DNA of 64,000 nt from the human T2T-CHM13v2.0 reference genome, Homo sapiens. Below, one piece after another: positions 1 to 15,170 of the stretch; the first letter of the stretch is position 1; each line of letters opens with the position of its first letter. The notes under the pieces were generated by a model. It was not told the origin of the DNA. It saw only the letters and a list, made by a program, of their open reading frames with translations, and did not search any database. The DNA is taken from the NCBI RefSeq assembly GCF_009914755.1, contig NC_060931.1; one strand, given 5' to 3'. The translations under genes were made by a program, and so were the position numbers.

Positions 1-1003
<1,003 letters not shown>

Positions 1004-1049
1004 TTAAGGCATCTTTCTTTCTTAAAAAAAAAAAAAACCTTTATGTGGT

Positions 1050-1555
1050 GTTATTGGCTAATTCACCTTCAGCCATTCTACGCCCTTCTAGGTCCCAACA
1101 TTCTCAAACTATGTTTCTCACATCCTGTTGTCAGCTGGCTTTCCATTAGGTTCTGCTAATAGGAGACATTGTTCCATTGTTGGAGGATTGGGAAGTCCGG
1201 TTTCTGGGAGATTTCCAGCAGTGCAATAGTGGTAACAGCACTGTCAGCCGTGGAGGTGGGAAAGGATCTTGGCACCTAAGCTTTCAGCAGCAGCCTCCTG
1301 TGCTACAGCTCACACAGTCAGGCTGTGGCAGGCAGCTGGAAGCTTGCAGCATAGCACCAGGACCTCTGGGTAGCGCTTCTGCTCTGGCAGCTCAAGGTGG
1401 TATTGATTTCCTGCAGTTACTAATCTTTGAGTGACTTTACCTTGTTCACTTTGGTTTCTTAAGTAACTTCTACCACCTGTGTAACCAATTTCTCTTTTAA
1501 ATGTCTTATTTTTGAAATATCTAGAGTGGTTCCTATTTTCTGATAAGTTTCTAAT
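1050..1555 (+). mobile_element. LTR33-like ERVL solo LTR
   Basis: CAGCTGGCTTTCCATTAGGTTCTGCTAAT...ACCTGTGTAACCAATT...TTTGAAATATCTAGAGTGGTTCCTATTTTC resembles the LTR33 consensus; ends approximate. Confidence 0.6.
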
Positions 1556-3291
1556 GTAATGTGTTCAACTCCACATTTAAGTATCATTCATTACCTGTTA
1601 ATGTGTCCCAATTTCAGGATATTAATGTACTCTTTGAATGTTGCCTGAAGTAACACATTTCCAACCAAAATGAAATTGTAACCTTGGGCATTGGACTTGA
1701 TTCTGAATCTTCTTCAGAGGAGTCAAGATAATAAGATACATTGGCCAGGAATATTCGTGTGAGGAAATCAAAATTGATGGCGCAAACTGCTGCCATGGAC
1801 CATCCAAAGTATACTTTATTTAATCTGCTATGGGGGATGTGGAAGGCAGAAATTTATAGGCACCTAAGTGTCTTTCTGTCTAGCTGTACCCCATGTTGTT
1901 CCTAGCTGTGTAACACATCACTCAAGCAATAGTCAGAAAACTGGCTGAAGGCAAGGGACCTCTTCGTAACAGGCACTGGAGAGGAGATAAATAGCTAGAG
2001 GGCTTTATTCTTGTCCTTTTGTTCCTGGATTAATGATGGGATCCAACATTTGAGTAAGGTATACTCCTTTTTTATGCATTTGATTTTCCAAGGCAGTATT
2101 AACCTGTTAACCTTAATTTTAAAAAAGAATTCATCTTAATTGCTTGAACAGATTTTTCTAACTTTTATTTTAGGTTCAGGAGTATATGTGCAGGTTTGTT
2201 ATATAGGTAAATTTGTGTCACAGGGGTTTGTTGCACAGATTACTTCATCACCCAGGTGCTAAGCCTAGTACCCAATGGTTATTTTTTCTGATCCTCTCCT
2301 TCTTCTTACCCTCCACCCTCAAGTAGGCCCCAATGTCTGTTGTTCCCCTCTTTGTGCCCATTGGGTCTCATCATTTAACTCCCACTTATAAGTGTGGTAT
2401 TTGGTTTTCTGTTCCTCATTAGTTTGCTAAGGATAATGACCCCCAGCTCCATCCATGTTCCCATAGAAGACATTATCTCATTCTTTTTTATGACTGCATA
2501 GTATTCCACAGTGAATATGTACCACATTTTCTTTATCCATATGACCGTTGATGAGCATTTCAGTTGATTCCATGTCTTTGCTATTGTGAATAGTACTACA
2601 GTGAACATTCACATGTGTGTGTCTTTATGGTAGAATGATTTATATTCCTTTGGGTATATATTCAGTAAAGGGATTGCTGGGTCAAGTAGTAGTTCTATTT
2701 TTGGCTTTTTGAGGAATTGACACACTGCTTTCTACAATAGTTGAATGAATTTACACTCCCACCAACAGTGTATAAGTGTTCCTTTTTCTCCACAACCTCA
2801 CTAGCATCTGTTATTTTTGACTTTTTAATTATAGCCATTCTGACTGGTGTGAGATGGTATCTCATTGTGGTTTGATTTGCATTTCTCTAATAATCAGTGA
2901 TATTGAGGTTTTTTTAATATGATTGTTGCCCACATGTATGTCTTCTTTTGAAAAGTGTCTTTTCATGTCCTTTGCCCACTTTTTTAATGGGGTTATTTGT
3001 TTTCTTGTAAATTTAAGTTTCTTGTAGATGCTGGATATTAGATCTTTTTCAGATGCATAGTTTGCAAAAATTTTCTTCCATTCTTAGGTTGTGTGTTTAC
3101 TCTGTTGATAGTTTCTTTTGCTGTACAGAAGCTCTTAAGTTTAATTAGCTCCTGTTTGTCAATTTTTGCTTTTGTTGTGATTGCTTCTGGCATCTTTATC
3201 GTGAAATCTTTGCCCATCCAGAATGATATAGCCTAGGTTGACTTCCAGGGTTTTTATAGTTTTGGGTTTTACATTTGAGTCTTTAATCCAT

Positions 3292-3655
3292 TGTATTAGT
3301 CTATTCTCACACTGCTAATAAAGACCTACCAGAGAGTGGGTAATTTATAAAGAAAGAGGTTTAATTGACTCACAGTTTCACATGGCTGGGGAGGCCTCAG
3401 GAAACTTACAATCATGTTGGAAGGGGAGGCAAACACATCTTTCTTCACATGCTGGCAGGAGAGAGAATGAGAGTGGAGTCAAGGGGAAGCCCCGTATAAA
3501 ACCATCAGATCTCCTGAGAACTCACTATTACGAGAACCGTGTGGGGGAAACTGCCTCCATGATTCAATTATCTCTACCTGGTCCCACCCTTGAGACATGG
3601 GGATTATTACAATTCAAGATGATATTTTGGGTGGGGACACAGCCAAACCATATCA
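3292..3655 (-). mobile_element. THE1C-type MaLR solo LTR
   Basis: TG...CA termini (TGTATTAGTC...CAGCCAAACCATATCA); 5-bp TSD TCCAT at 3287-3291 and 3656-3660. Confidence 0.92.
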
Positions 3656-3904
3656 TCCATCTTGAGTTTATTTTTGTATATGGTGTAAGGAAGGGGTCCA
3701 ATTTCAATCATCTGCATATGACTAGCCAGTTATCCCAGCACCAATTATTGAATAGTGAGTCCTTTCACCATTGCTTGTTTTCGTCAGCTTTGATGAAGAT
3801 CAGATGGTTATAAGTATGCAGCCTTATTTTGGGGCTCTCTATTCTGTTCCATTGGTCTATGTGTGTGTTTTTATACCAGTAACCATGTTGTTTTCGTTAC
3901 TGTA

Positions 3905-4030
3905 GCCCTGGAGTGTAGTTTGAAGTAAGGTAACATGAGCTTCCATCTTTGTTCTTGGGCTACTTGGGCCCTGGAGTATAGTTTGAAGTCAGGTAACATG
4001 ATGCTTCCATCTTTGTTCTTGGTTATTTGG
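3905..4030. repeat. About 63-bp tandem duplication inside the L1
   Basis: GCCCTGGAGT(G/A)TAGTTTGAAGT(A/C)AGGTAACATGA..CTTCCATCTTTGTTCTTGG occurs twice head to tail (starts 3905 and 3968). Confidence 0.9.
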
Positions 4031-4811
4031 GCTCTTTTTTTGGTTCCATATCAATTTTAAAATACTTTTTTCTAGTTCTGTGAAGAATGTCATTGGTAGT
4101 TTAATAGGAATAGCACTGAATCTCTAAATTGCTTTGGGCAGTATGGCCATTTTAATAATATTGATTCTTCCTATCCATGAGCATGGAATGTTTTTTCCAT
4201 TTGTTTATGTCATCTCTGATTTCTTTGAGGAGTGTTTTGTAATTCTCCTTGTAGAGATATTTCACCTACCTAGTTAGCAGTATTCCTAGGTATTTTATTA
4301 TTTTCATGGCAATTGTGAATTCCTGATTTGGCTCTCGGCTTAGCTGTTGGTGGTATATAAGAATGCTACTGAATTTTGTACATTGATTGTATATCCTGAA
4401 ACTGTGCTGAAGTTGTTTATCAGCTGAAAGAGCTTTTAAGCCAAGACTATGGGGTTTTCTACATATAGAATCATGTCATCTGCAAACAGGGAAAATTTGA
4501 CTTCCGCTCTTCCTATGTGATGCCCTTTATTTCTTTTTCTTGCCTGATTGCTCTGGCCAGGACTTCCAATACTACATTGAATAGGAGTTCTAGGAGAGGG
4601 CATCCTTGTCTTGTGCCCAGTGCTTCCAGCTTTTCCCCATTCAGTATGATAGTGGCTGTGAGTTTGTCATGGATGGCTATTATTTTGAGGTATGTTCCTT
4701 CAATATGTAGTTTATTAAGAGTTTTTAACATGAAGATGTGTTGAATTTTATTGAAAGCCTTTTCTGCAGCTATTGAGATAATCATGATGTATCTATTGAG
4801 ATTTATCTTTA

Positions 4812-4928
<117 letters not shown>

Positions 4929-5774
4929 TCAGTTTGCAAGTATTTTGTTGAGGACTTTTGCATCAATGTTCATCAAGGATATTGGCCTCAAGTTTTCTTT
5001 TTCTGTGTATGTTTCTGCCAGGTTTTGATATCAGGCTGATGCTGGCTTTATAGAATGAGTTTGGGAGGAGTCCCTCCTCCTCATTTTTTTTGTCATAGCT
5101 TCAATGGAATGGTGCCAGCTCTAATTTGTACATCTACTAGAATTCGGCTGTGACTCCATGTGGTCCTGGGGTTTTTTTTGGTTAGTAGTCTCTTTATAAC
5201 TGATTCAATTTCAGAGCTCATTATTGGTCTGTTTGGGAAATTGATTTCTTCCCAGTTCAGTCTTTGGAGGGTGTGTATGTTTCCAGGAATTCATCTCTTG
5301 TAGTTTTTCTAGTTTATATGCATAGAGGTATCCATAGTAGTTTCTGACAATTATTTTTATTTCTGTGGGGTCAATCGGGATAATATCATCTTTGTCATAA
5401 TTATGTTTATTTGAATCTTCTCTCCTTTCTTCTTTATTAGTCTAGCTAGCAGCCTATCTTATTACATTTTTCAAAAAACAAACTCTGTGATTCATTGATC
5501 TCTTGAACAGTTTTTTAATGTCTTGATTTCCCTCAGTTCAGCTTTGAATTTGGTTATTTCTTGTCTTCTGCTAGCTTTAGAGTTGGTTTGCTTTTGCTTC
5601 TCTAATTCTTTAAGATGTGATATTGGATTATTAATTTGAAATCTTTCTAACTCTTTGATATGGGTGGTTAGTGCTACAAATTTCCCCCTTAACACTGCCT
5701 TAGCTGTATCCCAGAGATTCTGATGTGTTGTATCTTTGTTCTCAATAGTTTCAAAGAACTTCTTGATTTCTGCC

Positions 5775-8105
5775 TATATTAGTTCATTCTCATGCTGCTA
5801 ATAAAGACATACACAAGACTGGGTAACTTATAAAGGAAGAAGTTTTAATTGACTCACAGTTTAGCATGGCTAGAGAGGCCTCAGGAAACTTACAGTCATG
5901 GCAGAAGGGGAAGCAAACACATCCTTCTTCACATGGCAGCAGGGAGAGAAGAATGAGAGGGAAAGCAGAGAAAAGCCCCTTATAAAATGATCAGATATTA
6001 TGAGAACTCACTCACTATCATGAGAACAGCATGAAGGTAACTGTCTCCATGATTCAATTACCTTCCACTGGATCACTTCTGTGACACATGGGGATTATGG
6101 GAACTACAATTCAAGATAAGATTTGAGTGGAGACACAGCCAAACCATATTGTCCGTCCCCAGCCCTTCCCAAATCTCATGTCCTCACATTTCAAAACACA
6201 ATCATGCCCTTCCAACAGTCCCCTAAAGTCTTAACTCATTCCAGCATTAACTCAAAAGTCCACGTCCAAAGTCTCACCTGAGACAAGGCAAGTCCCTTCT
6301 GCCTATGAGCCTGTAAAATCAAAAACAAGTTAGTTACTTCCTAGATACAATGGGGTACAGACATTGGGCAAATACACGGATTCCAAATAGGAGAAATTTG
6401 CCAGAATGAAGGGGCTACATGCCCCATGCAAGTCTGAAATCCAATGGGGCAGTTATTAAACCTTAAAGTTCTAAAATAATCTTTTTGACTCCTTGTCTCA
6501 CGCCCGGGTCACACAGATACAAGAGCTTGACTCCCACAGCTTTGAGCAGCTCTGCCCCTGTGTCTTTGCAGGGTACAGCCCCCTTCCTGGCTGTTTTCAT
6601 GGCAGGTTTTGAGTGTCTGTGGCTTTTCCAGGCTCATGGTGCAAGCTGTTGGTGGATACCATTCTTGGATCTGAAGAATGGTGGCCCTCTTCTCACAGCT
6701 CCACTATGCAGTTCTCCAGTGGGGACTCTGTGTGGGGGCTCTGACTTCACATTTCCCTTCTTCACTGCCCTAGCAGAGGTTCTCTGTGAGGGTTCCACCC
6801 CTGAAGCATACTTCTGCCTGGACATCCAGGCATTTCCATGCATCCTCTGAAATCTAGGCAGAGATTCCCAAACCTCAATTCTTGTCTTCTGCACACCTGC
6901 AGGACTAATAGCATATGGAAGCTGCGAAGGCTTGGGGCTTGCAGTCTCTGAAGCAATGGTTGAGCTATACATTGGCCCCTCTTAGCCATGGCTGGGATGC
7001 AGGGCACCAAGTTCTGAGGCTGCACTGAGCAGCAGGGAGGCCCTGGGCCCAGCTCATGAGACCATTTTTCCCTCCTAGGCCTCTGGGCCTGTGATGAGAG
7101 GGGCTGCTGTGAAGATCTCTGACTTGCCCTGGAGACATTTTCCTCATTGTCTTGGTGATTAACATTTGTCTCCCCATTGCTTATGCAAGTTTCTACAGTG
7201 GGCTTGAATTTCTTCCCAGAAAATGGAGTTTCTTTTCTATCACATTGTCAGGCTGCAAATTCTCTAAATTTTTATGCTTTGCTTCCTCTTAAATGCTTTG
7301 CTACTTAGAAATTTCTTCCACCAGATACCCTATATCATCTCTCTCAAATTCAAAGTTCCACAGATCTCTGGGGCAGGGGCAAAATGCCACCAGTCTTTTT
7401 GCATAGCAAGAATGACCTTTACTCCAGCTCCCAAAAAGTTCCCATCTCCATCTGAAACCACCTCAGCCTGGACTTCATTGTCCATATCACCATTTTGTCC
7501 ATTGGACTTCATTGTCCATATCACCATATGGACTTCATTGTCCATATCACCATATCACCATTTTGATCAAAGCCATTCAACAAGTCACTAGGAAGTTCCA
7601 AACTTTTCCACATCTTCCTGTCTTCTTCTGAGTCCTCCAAAGGGTTCCAACCTCTGCCTGTTATCCAGTTCCAAAGTTGATTCCACATTTTCGGGTATTT
7701 TTACAGCAGCACCCCACTCTCTGCAGTACTGAATTTACTGTATTAGTCTGTTCTTATGCTGCTAATAAAGACATACCCAAGACTTGGTAATTTATGAAGG
7801 AAAGAGATTTAACTGACTCACAGTTCAGCATGGCTGGGGAGGCCTCAGGAAACGTAGCAGAAAGGGAAGCAAGCATTTCCTTCTTTACATGGCAACAGGG
7901 AGAAGAAGAATGAGAGCAAGTGGGGGAAAGCCCCTTATAAAACCATCAGATCTTGTGAGAACTCACTCACTATCATGAGAACAGCATAAGGGTAACTGCC
8001 CCCATGATTAAATTACTCCCACTGGGTCCCTCCCATGACATGTGGGGATTATAGGAACTACAATTCAAGATGAGATTTGGGTGGGGACACAGCCAGACCA
8101 TATCA
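5775..8105 (-). mobile_element. Full-length THE1C provirus (5'LTR 7739-8105, internal 6152-7738, 3'LTR 5775-6151)
   Basis: Two similar LTRs of about 370 bp in the same orientation around about 1.6 kb of THE1 internal sequence; 5-bp TSD CTGCC at 5770-5774 and 8106-8110; polypurine tract on the minus strand next to the 3'LTR. Confidence 0.95.
7470..7560. repeat. Three copies of a 24-bp unit inside THE1-int
   Basis: GGACTTCATTGTCCATATCACCAT at 7470, 7504 and 7530. Confidence 0.9.
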
Positions 8106-9569
8106 CTGCCTTAATTTCATTATTCACCTAAAAGTCATTCAGGAGCATGTTGTTTGATTCCGTTGTAATTGCAGGGTTTTGAGTAATTTTTTTAGTTTTG
8201 ATTTCTGTTTTAATTTCACTGTGATCTGAGGGTATGTTTGGTATAATTTCAGTTCTTTTGCATTTGCTGAGGATTGTTTCAATTATGTGATTGATTTAGA
8301 GTCTGTGCCATGTGGCGAAGAGAAGAATATATATTATGTTGTTTTTGGGTGGAGAGTTCTGTAGAGGTCTATCAGATCCATTTGTCCAATGTTAAGTTCA
8401 GGTCCTGAATATCTTTGTTAATTTTCTCCCTCAATGATCTGTCTAATACTTAATAATACTTTTACCCAGCAACAACTTACATATCTGAAAATTTATATCT
8501 GTTTAAATATTGGTATTGAAAGTGTGCAAAAAAACTAGTATTATTGGTCCATGTAGGTACATTTCTCACCTCAGTTTTGTAAAAATGTTGTTTTAAGAGA
8601 CCTCTTATATGCTACGGATACATTTGAATTGAAGGGCTAAAGTGCAGAAGCTCATCATGTATTTTTAGGCAATACTGCATCTTTGCCCTTTCCCAAGTTG
8701 TAAAAAATGATAACATTGGAGACAAGAGAAATATGTCAACTGTGTTACCATACTTCAGACAGCTACGTATATTGGTGCTACTACTAAAAATATCTAGTAA
8801 CTGGAAAATAATCTGTTGTTCCACTGCTGAAAAGTGACCATTGTATTTTCAAATTCTGCAGCTTTTAGTTCATTCCCTATATTGTTGTCAGGCCTGGTTC
8901 AGCCACTCCTCTGCCAATGTTTCTATCAGTTATAACTGACTGAAGCAAACTGGCTTTATGTTGTTTTTGTTGGGCCAAGACTTTACAGATAAGTAGAACT
9001 GAGTGTTTGACCTAGCTATAATCCCTGCCTATGGATTAAAATGGATTTTAGCTGAAATTGAAATCTTCTGGTGAGAATCAAATGAAACCATGCTGTAGGG
9101 CTCCACATGTTTCCAGCAGCATAGCATTTGCCCAGAATCAGCATCTGCGGTAAGAGTTCTGATTTCCATGCTTTTCTTTCTGAAGAATCATATTTCTGAC
9201 ATGTTCCTTTAACCCTTCTTCCTGCCATAACTGTCTGTCTCTTTCCAAAGTGCTCATCACTGCTAGGAATAAACTCATCTTGATGGTTCTCCAGTGGTCA
9301 ACATCCTTATTAACATCTGTTTCCTCTTTAGCTTTGCATTCGTGCACCTTTCTTAACATTTTATCTAAAACAATTTATTTTTTACTCCTTTACTTGCATC
9401 TATGAAGTTCAATAGCACCTACAGTTAGTCACAAGACAGGGCATAGTCAGTGACATCGAGTTTATTGTTCTCTGGTGGTGTTAATAACATTCAATGTAAA
9501 AAATGGGAGGGGGGCTGGTTCTTGCTCTACCTATCTCACATGTTTGGTGCAACAGTCAAACAAGAGAAG

Positions 9570-9820
9570 ACAGTAGGCAGTCTGGGTTAATGGAAAAGAC
9601 CTAGGATTGGGTAGGGGCATAAAAGTTTAACTCACATCTCAGCAACTTAATAACATGGGGTCTACTCGAGTGTCAGTTTCTTCAACTGAAAAACAGGAGT
9701 AATAATAGTTCCCACCCATCTATTTTGCAAGAGTGTTGAGGAAAAGAGATATGGTTTGGGAATGTAGTTTGTGCACTGTAAAGTTCTGTGAAGTGCAGGT
9801 TGTACAGGCTTATTACTGTT
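9570..9820 (+). mobile_element. MIR SINE
   Basis: Core-like CAGTTTCTTCAACTGAAAAACAGGAGTAATAATAGT. Confidence 0.6.
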
Positions 9821-10254
9821 TAAGAAACAAGTGGCAAATTGACTCTGGGGGATTAATCTCTTTTATTATCCCCGTATTAGATTGTGTTGCATGACAAACA
9901 TGCTATCTTCTGTTATTTGGCAGACTGCATATAGATGCGTATTCAATTTAATAATATTTCCTGGATTAATTTCTCCTCATCCAATGAAGAAATTAGATAC
10001 ACTCGGACAGGATTATATTTGGGAATATACAGATTAAAAACATGGATTGATAGTAATTGAGGATTTGCACCAAAGCAAATTATCAACTTGGATACCAAGT
10101 CATTTGGTTTATTTATTTTCTCCTCTCCTTCATCCTGCTCCTCCTTCTCTTCCTTCTCTTTCTCTTCTAAATTGTTTTCCATGTCTTTCACCTTGTAGGC
10201 TGACCCATGAATTTCCTTACTGTTCATTGTTTTGCCTTCCCATTACGTTAGAAG

Positions 10255-10670
10255 TATGGGTTAGGTCTTTATCTGGCTCTAACTCAGGAAAGAGGTATCT
10301 GTCTGTTCAGTGTACCCTAGATATTTTAAGCAGAAAGATTTAATGCAAAGAATTGGATGCTTATAAAATCACTGAAATTACTAGAAGAGCAGAAGTTATC
10401 TGAACTATTGATTTCAATATCAAACTGCCACTGCTGCAACCCGGAGGTCAGGAAGCTGCTAGTATCCTATCCTCCTCTACCTCAACTGGCTTGTACCCTT
10501 GAAGCTGGTGACTGGACACTGGAATATGGAATCCAATTACTGAGGTCATAACAACTTATCTAGCCAACCAAAACTCGTATGAGGGTGTCACATTGACAGA
10601 ATATATGCTGCATCCAGAATCCTAGCTGCTAGGGAATCTAGAAATGCGATTTTTAATTTCCCAACCTCTA
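10255..10670. mobile_element. Ancient LTR relic (family uncertain)
   Basis: GAATCCTAGCTGCTAGGGAATCTAGAAATGCGATTTTT resembles a motif of old mammalian LTRs. Confidence 0.35.
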
Positions 10671-10700
10671 AGAATGGAAGCCAGTGCCAATAGCCAGTAG

Positions 10701-11257
<557 letters not shown>

Positions 11258-12829
11258 TTGTGCAAACCTTTCTTACCTTTAACCATTGAGGTGCTTTATG
11301 GGGAAGAGAGCTTTGATTCACTCAGCTCTGGTGTCGTTCATTCCATAGGAGGCTCCAATTTAACAAGCTCACATCAAACCTTTGCCCAGTGGACATATGG
11401 ATGGTTTGATCCAGCCTCGGTCACTGGAGTAAATAGAGTGAGTGCAACTTCTCTGATTTATTTCTGAACTGGCTGCTGCAGATTATTATAAAGGCTGTCT
11501 AGGAACAGAAAAGCATTGTCCTGATGAGGTCTAAAAGCTGACTTTTGTTCTATCCCCAGCTCATCAGCAGTGTGTTTTATGTAAGTGGGAAAAGGACTCT
11601 GTCACCTTTTGTGTAAATACCCTCCTGAAATAACCATATCTCATGGTGTGGTTTTACAGCATTATACAGTGCTACTCATTTTGTGACTGTTTCCTGGTAG
11701 GCATTAGTTGGGAATGGTGTCAAACTGGACTTTATTTGTTTGTGTCTGTTTTCTCTCTTTTGAAAGTTTTTTTCTAAAATAAATAGACTAAACTGTTCTT
11801 AATATTAACCAGGTTTAGCTAAATCATAAAATTTGGTATGAATCTTCTCCAGTGGGTGGCCACACAACTGAGGCAGCTAAATGAAAATTTGCATTTCTTA
11901 TCAGTTTTCCTGCTTACCCCACCTGGACTTAGCCCTGGGGGATTTCCAGGATTCATGGTGTTCTCTCCTTCTAAATTACCTTTAACAGTGGTAGAATTCT
12001 GTTTCCGAATAACAAATAGGAAATTTTGTTTCTGGTTTCTAGGACTCCAGGAAAAATGGTTATCAGAGAAACTTGAATCCATGTAGCATTATTTTTTTTG
12101 TTGGTTAGACAAAGGTAACATTACTTAACTTCCAGAGCATTAATGATATACAATTACCATCCTAAATGTGAGATAAATGATATATTAATATTAATATCTA
12201 TATCTAACCTAACATTCCCTCTGAGCACAGTTATAGCACAATTATAGAAAACTGTACGGAAATAGGTGGTTGCGCTTGAAATGCCACACTCTGAGAATGT
12301 CAAAATCCCAGGTAATGATGCTGTGTGAACTTCGGGTGTTTACTGCCTTGTGCTTCATTCTGAATGGAAAGAATGGTAGTGAGAGGTCATAGAATGAACC
12401 AGCTGAGAGACAGTGAGAGGAGAAGAAGAACATGGGTGTTGTTGGGGATTCTTTTCCCCCTGTTCTTAGGATCTGGCCACATATTTTCAAAAGCAAGAAA
12501 TGGAAAAAAATGATCAGTCAAAATGGCTTTAAGCCTAACTGGCTTTTATTGATAATTCTATTCCACTTCTCTCCTGTGGGATAATTCTGAATTTGAGAAA
12601 ATGAGCTATGTCACAGGCAGAGGCTAATCCATATTCATCCTCTTATTTTTAATAACTGCTCATTCTTTGCAAGCCTCTGTTTCCCACATCGACCCATTCA
12701 TGTAGCATACTGTGTGTAACAGGATTTTAAAGCATTTGTAATATCTCAATTTAAACTAAATTTGGCTAAGATAAAGCAAGACCATGACCATCTCCATGCT
12801 TTGTCCACGAACAGTACCAGCATGTTATA

Positions 12830-13050
12830 TTTCACCAACATTTTGAGTGTTCACTCTGTGCAAACGCTGACAGCTCTACAAATATTAACTCACTGATTCT
12901 AATAAAAACCCTATCATTCCCTATTGTACAGATGAGGAAACAGAGGGGCAAATAGGGTAAGAAACTTGACCCAGGTCACACAGGTAGTAAGGGCCCAATA
13001 GAAATCTGAACCCAGGAAGACTGGCCCTGGAGTCCGTGTTCTTAACTAGC
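12830..13050 (-). mobile_element. MIR SINE
   Basis: ACAGATGAGGAAACAGAGG...AACTTGACCCAGGTCACACAG. Confidence 0.8.
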
Positions 13051-13689
13051 CTGAAGCTCCAACATGACTACATGTAGGAGCCTTTGCCTTGATGCTTTCT
13101 CTTCGCAATAGGTCCTCTGGCTTTTCCATCTCTTCCCTTTCATTCCAGCTCTCATTTCCGTCATCTAGTTTCTGGGGGCATGGGGTCCTTTTCTGTGCAA
13201 CCTACATATCACATCCAGGAGAATGCCCTCCTGCCAGTCCCCCTGCCCCTAGCTCACAGAGAGGTTATTCCCATCCATTGTCTTATTGAAGCTTTCTCAG
13301 TTTCCAGTGAGTTCAAAAACTCCCAATTTTTCTACCAAGACATCCTTGGCCTATAAGAAGGGAATTTCTCCCTTTAAACATGGAATTCTCGTGATTTTTT
13401 CATTTACCATATTACTAATACATGAAAAAGACAAACATTTCTTTCTATACGGTGTGTGTATTTGTTTTTGGTATATTTTCTATGTGTTGGTGTTAATGGT
13501 TTCTTGGACTCTAGAAGTCATGAATGATACTTGCAATTCAGTTCAAAGCACCCCATGGAATTTTCTTAATTTTCTTTATGTCTTTGATGGAAATAATAAT
13601 AGTTATTGACCTTGACAATAGTCAGTTGTGGGATGGAAATGCTATATTTTGCTTTCCCTGTTGAAACAAAGCAAGGTGGCTTCCTCATC

Positions 13690-13885
13690 TATGACCATGT
13701 GCTTATAGTGTGCTAACTATAGTTCTCATATACATTATTTTAAGCCTCATCTGCAATATAAGGTAGATATTATTACTCTCATGTTACACATGAGGAAACA
13801 GATGTTTAGGTAACTTGCCCTAGTTCATACATGGCAAATACCAGGATTCAAAACTAGGACAAAGAGTTTAAAGCCTGTGGTCTTG
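13690..13885 (-). mobile_element. MIR SINE
   Basis: ACATGAGGAAACAGATG...TAACTTGCCC...AGGATTCAAAACTAGG. Confidence 0.7.
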
Positions 13886-13940
13886 AAAATTACTGAAATT
13901 AACTTATAGAAACCTTGGTGAATCTCAGATAAAATGTTTT

Positions 13941-14002
13941 CTACTCTACTGTGTGGCCTTGGGCAGGTTACATAACCATTCCATGTCTTGTTTTTCTTGG
14001 CT
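13941..14002 (+). mobile_element. MIR fragment, apparently a copy of 15901-15962
   Basis: CTGTGTGGCCTTGGGCAGGTTACATAACC. Confidence 0.7.
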
Positions 14003-14194
14003 ACATTTTATTTTAATTAATAGAACCAGAAAGCTGCATAATGTAATTTCACGTTTATTATTTTCCGTTTGGATTCATACTTTGAAATTGAATTATATTA
14101 ACAAATGTTTAAAGTTGCTATGATTGAGAAATATTACACTGAAGTTGGATCATTAATGCTTTGCTCAAATATTTTAACTTAATATAAAAATTTC

Positions 14195-14490
14195 TGCCAC
14201 ATGCAATGGCCCTTGCTTGTAAACCCAGCACTTCAGGAGGCCGAGGCAGGAGGATTGCTTGGCCCCAGGAGTTCAAGATCAGCCTGGGCAACATAATGAG
14301 AACCTGTGTCTAGAAAAAGTTCAAAAATTAGCCGAGGGTGGGGCGTGTACCTGTAGTCTCAGCTACTCAGGAGGCTGAGGTAGGAGGATCACTTGAGCCC
14401 AGGAGGTCGAGGCTGCTGTGAGCTATGATTGCACCACTGCACTCCAGCCTGGATGACAGAGTGAGACCCTATCTCAAAAAAAAAAAAAAA
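14195..14490 (+). mobile_element. AluJ
   Basis: GGAGGATTGCTT, AGCCTGGGCAACATA and GAGGTCGAGGCTGC J-type diagnostics; A tail. Confidence 0.93.
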
Positions 14491-14689
14491 TCACTACTCA
14501 AGGCTAGTAAATATATACTTTTTTAGTCACTATGAGCAAAACAATATATATATATCACCTTCATGCCACCGATGAGTTTTCAGAAGCAAAGATTGATAGG
14601 TGGAGAGAAGCTGCATTTTTAGGAATCCAGACTCACTTCCCATCAAATGGATAACACGAAACACTATCCTCAAAGGCTACTTCATTCTA

Positions 14690-15170
14690 TTTTTATCAGC
14701 CTTTAAATACTGCATGTACTTTGTAGAATATTTGAAAATATATGCAAACAAGAACAAAGAATAAAATAAAAACATCACATTTCTACCACCCAGAGATCAC
14801 TACTATAGCATCCTCATGCATAGATTTCCAGGCCCTTTTACATGCATATGTATGCAGGAACGTGGGTTCCTGAGAGGGTATGTGCGTGAGTATTTGCAAA
14901 TATTCATTTATAATTAATCAAAATGTTATCCTATTATACCCATTATTATGTAACTCGTTTTTTTCAACCAATAATTTCTTTTCCATTTAAGTAAAATTCT
15001 GTCTCATCTAAAACCAAGTCCATGTTCATATCTCCCCAGCTAACCCAGTTTTTTTCTGCACATTTGGCATATCCTATTCAGTATCATTACATTTGGTTAC
15101 TATCCCTTAAGTCTCTTTTAATTTAATCAGTTCTGTTTTTATGACTCTGTCTTGTTTAGAAATGCAATTT
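14690..15170 (-). mobile_element. Old L1ME-like 3' fragments
   Basis: CTACCACCCAGAGATCACTACTAT...TTCCAGGCCCTTTT motifs; highly diverged. Confidence 0.4.

Noticed and set aside
1614-1807. Short ORFs in unique sequence (also 9016-9359, 20651-20974, 47647-47847)
   Set aside because: No recognisable protein family and no convincing paired splice sites; lengths are expected by chance
7470-7560. Repeat-spacer pattern resembling a CRISPR array
   Set aside because: Only three units with 2-10 nt templated spacers, inside a primate LTR element, and no cas genes
6485-7591. Cluster of overlapping ORFs
   Set aside because: They are decayed THE1 internal-region frames with no intact ORF
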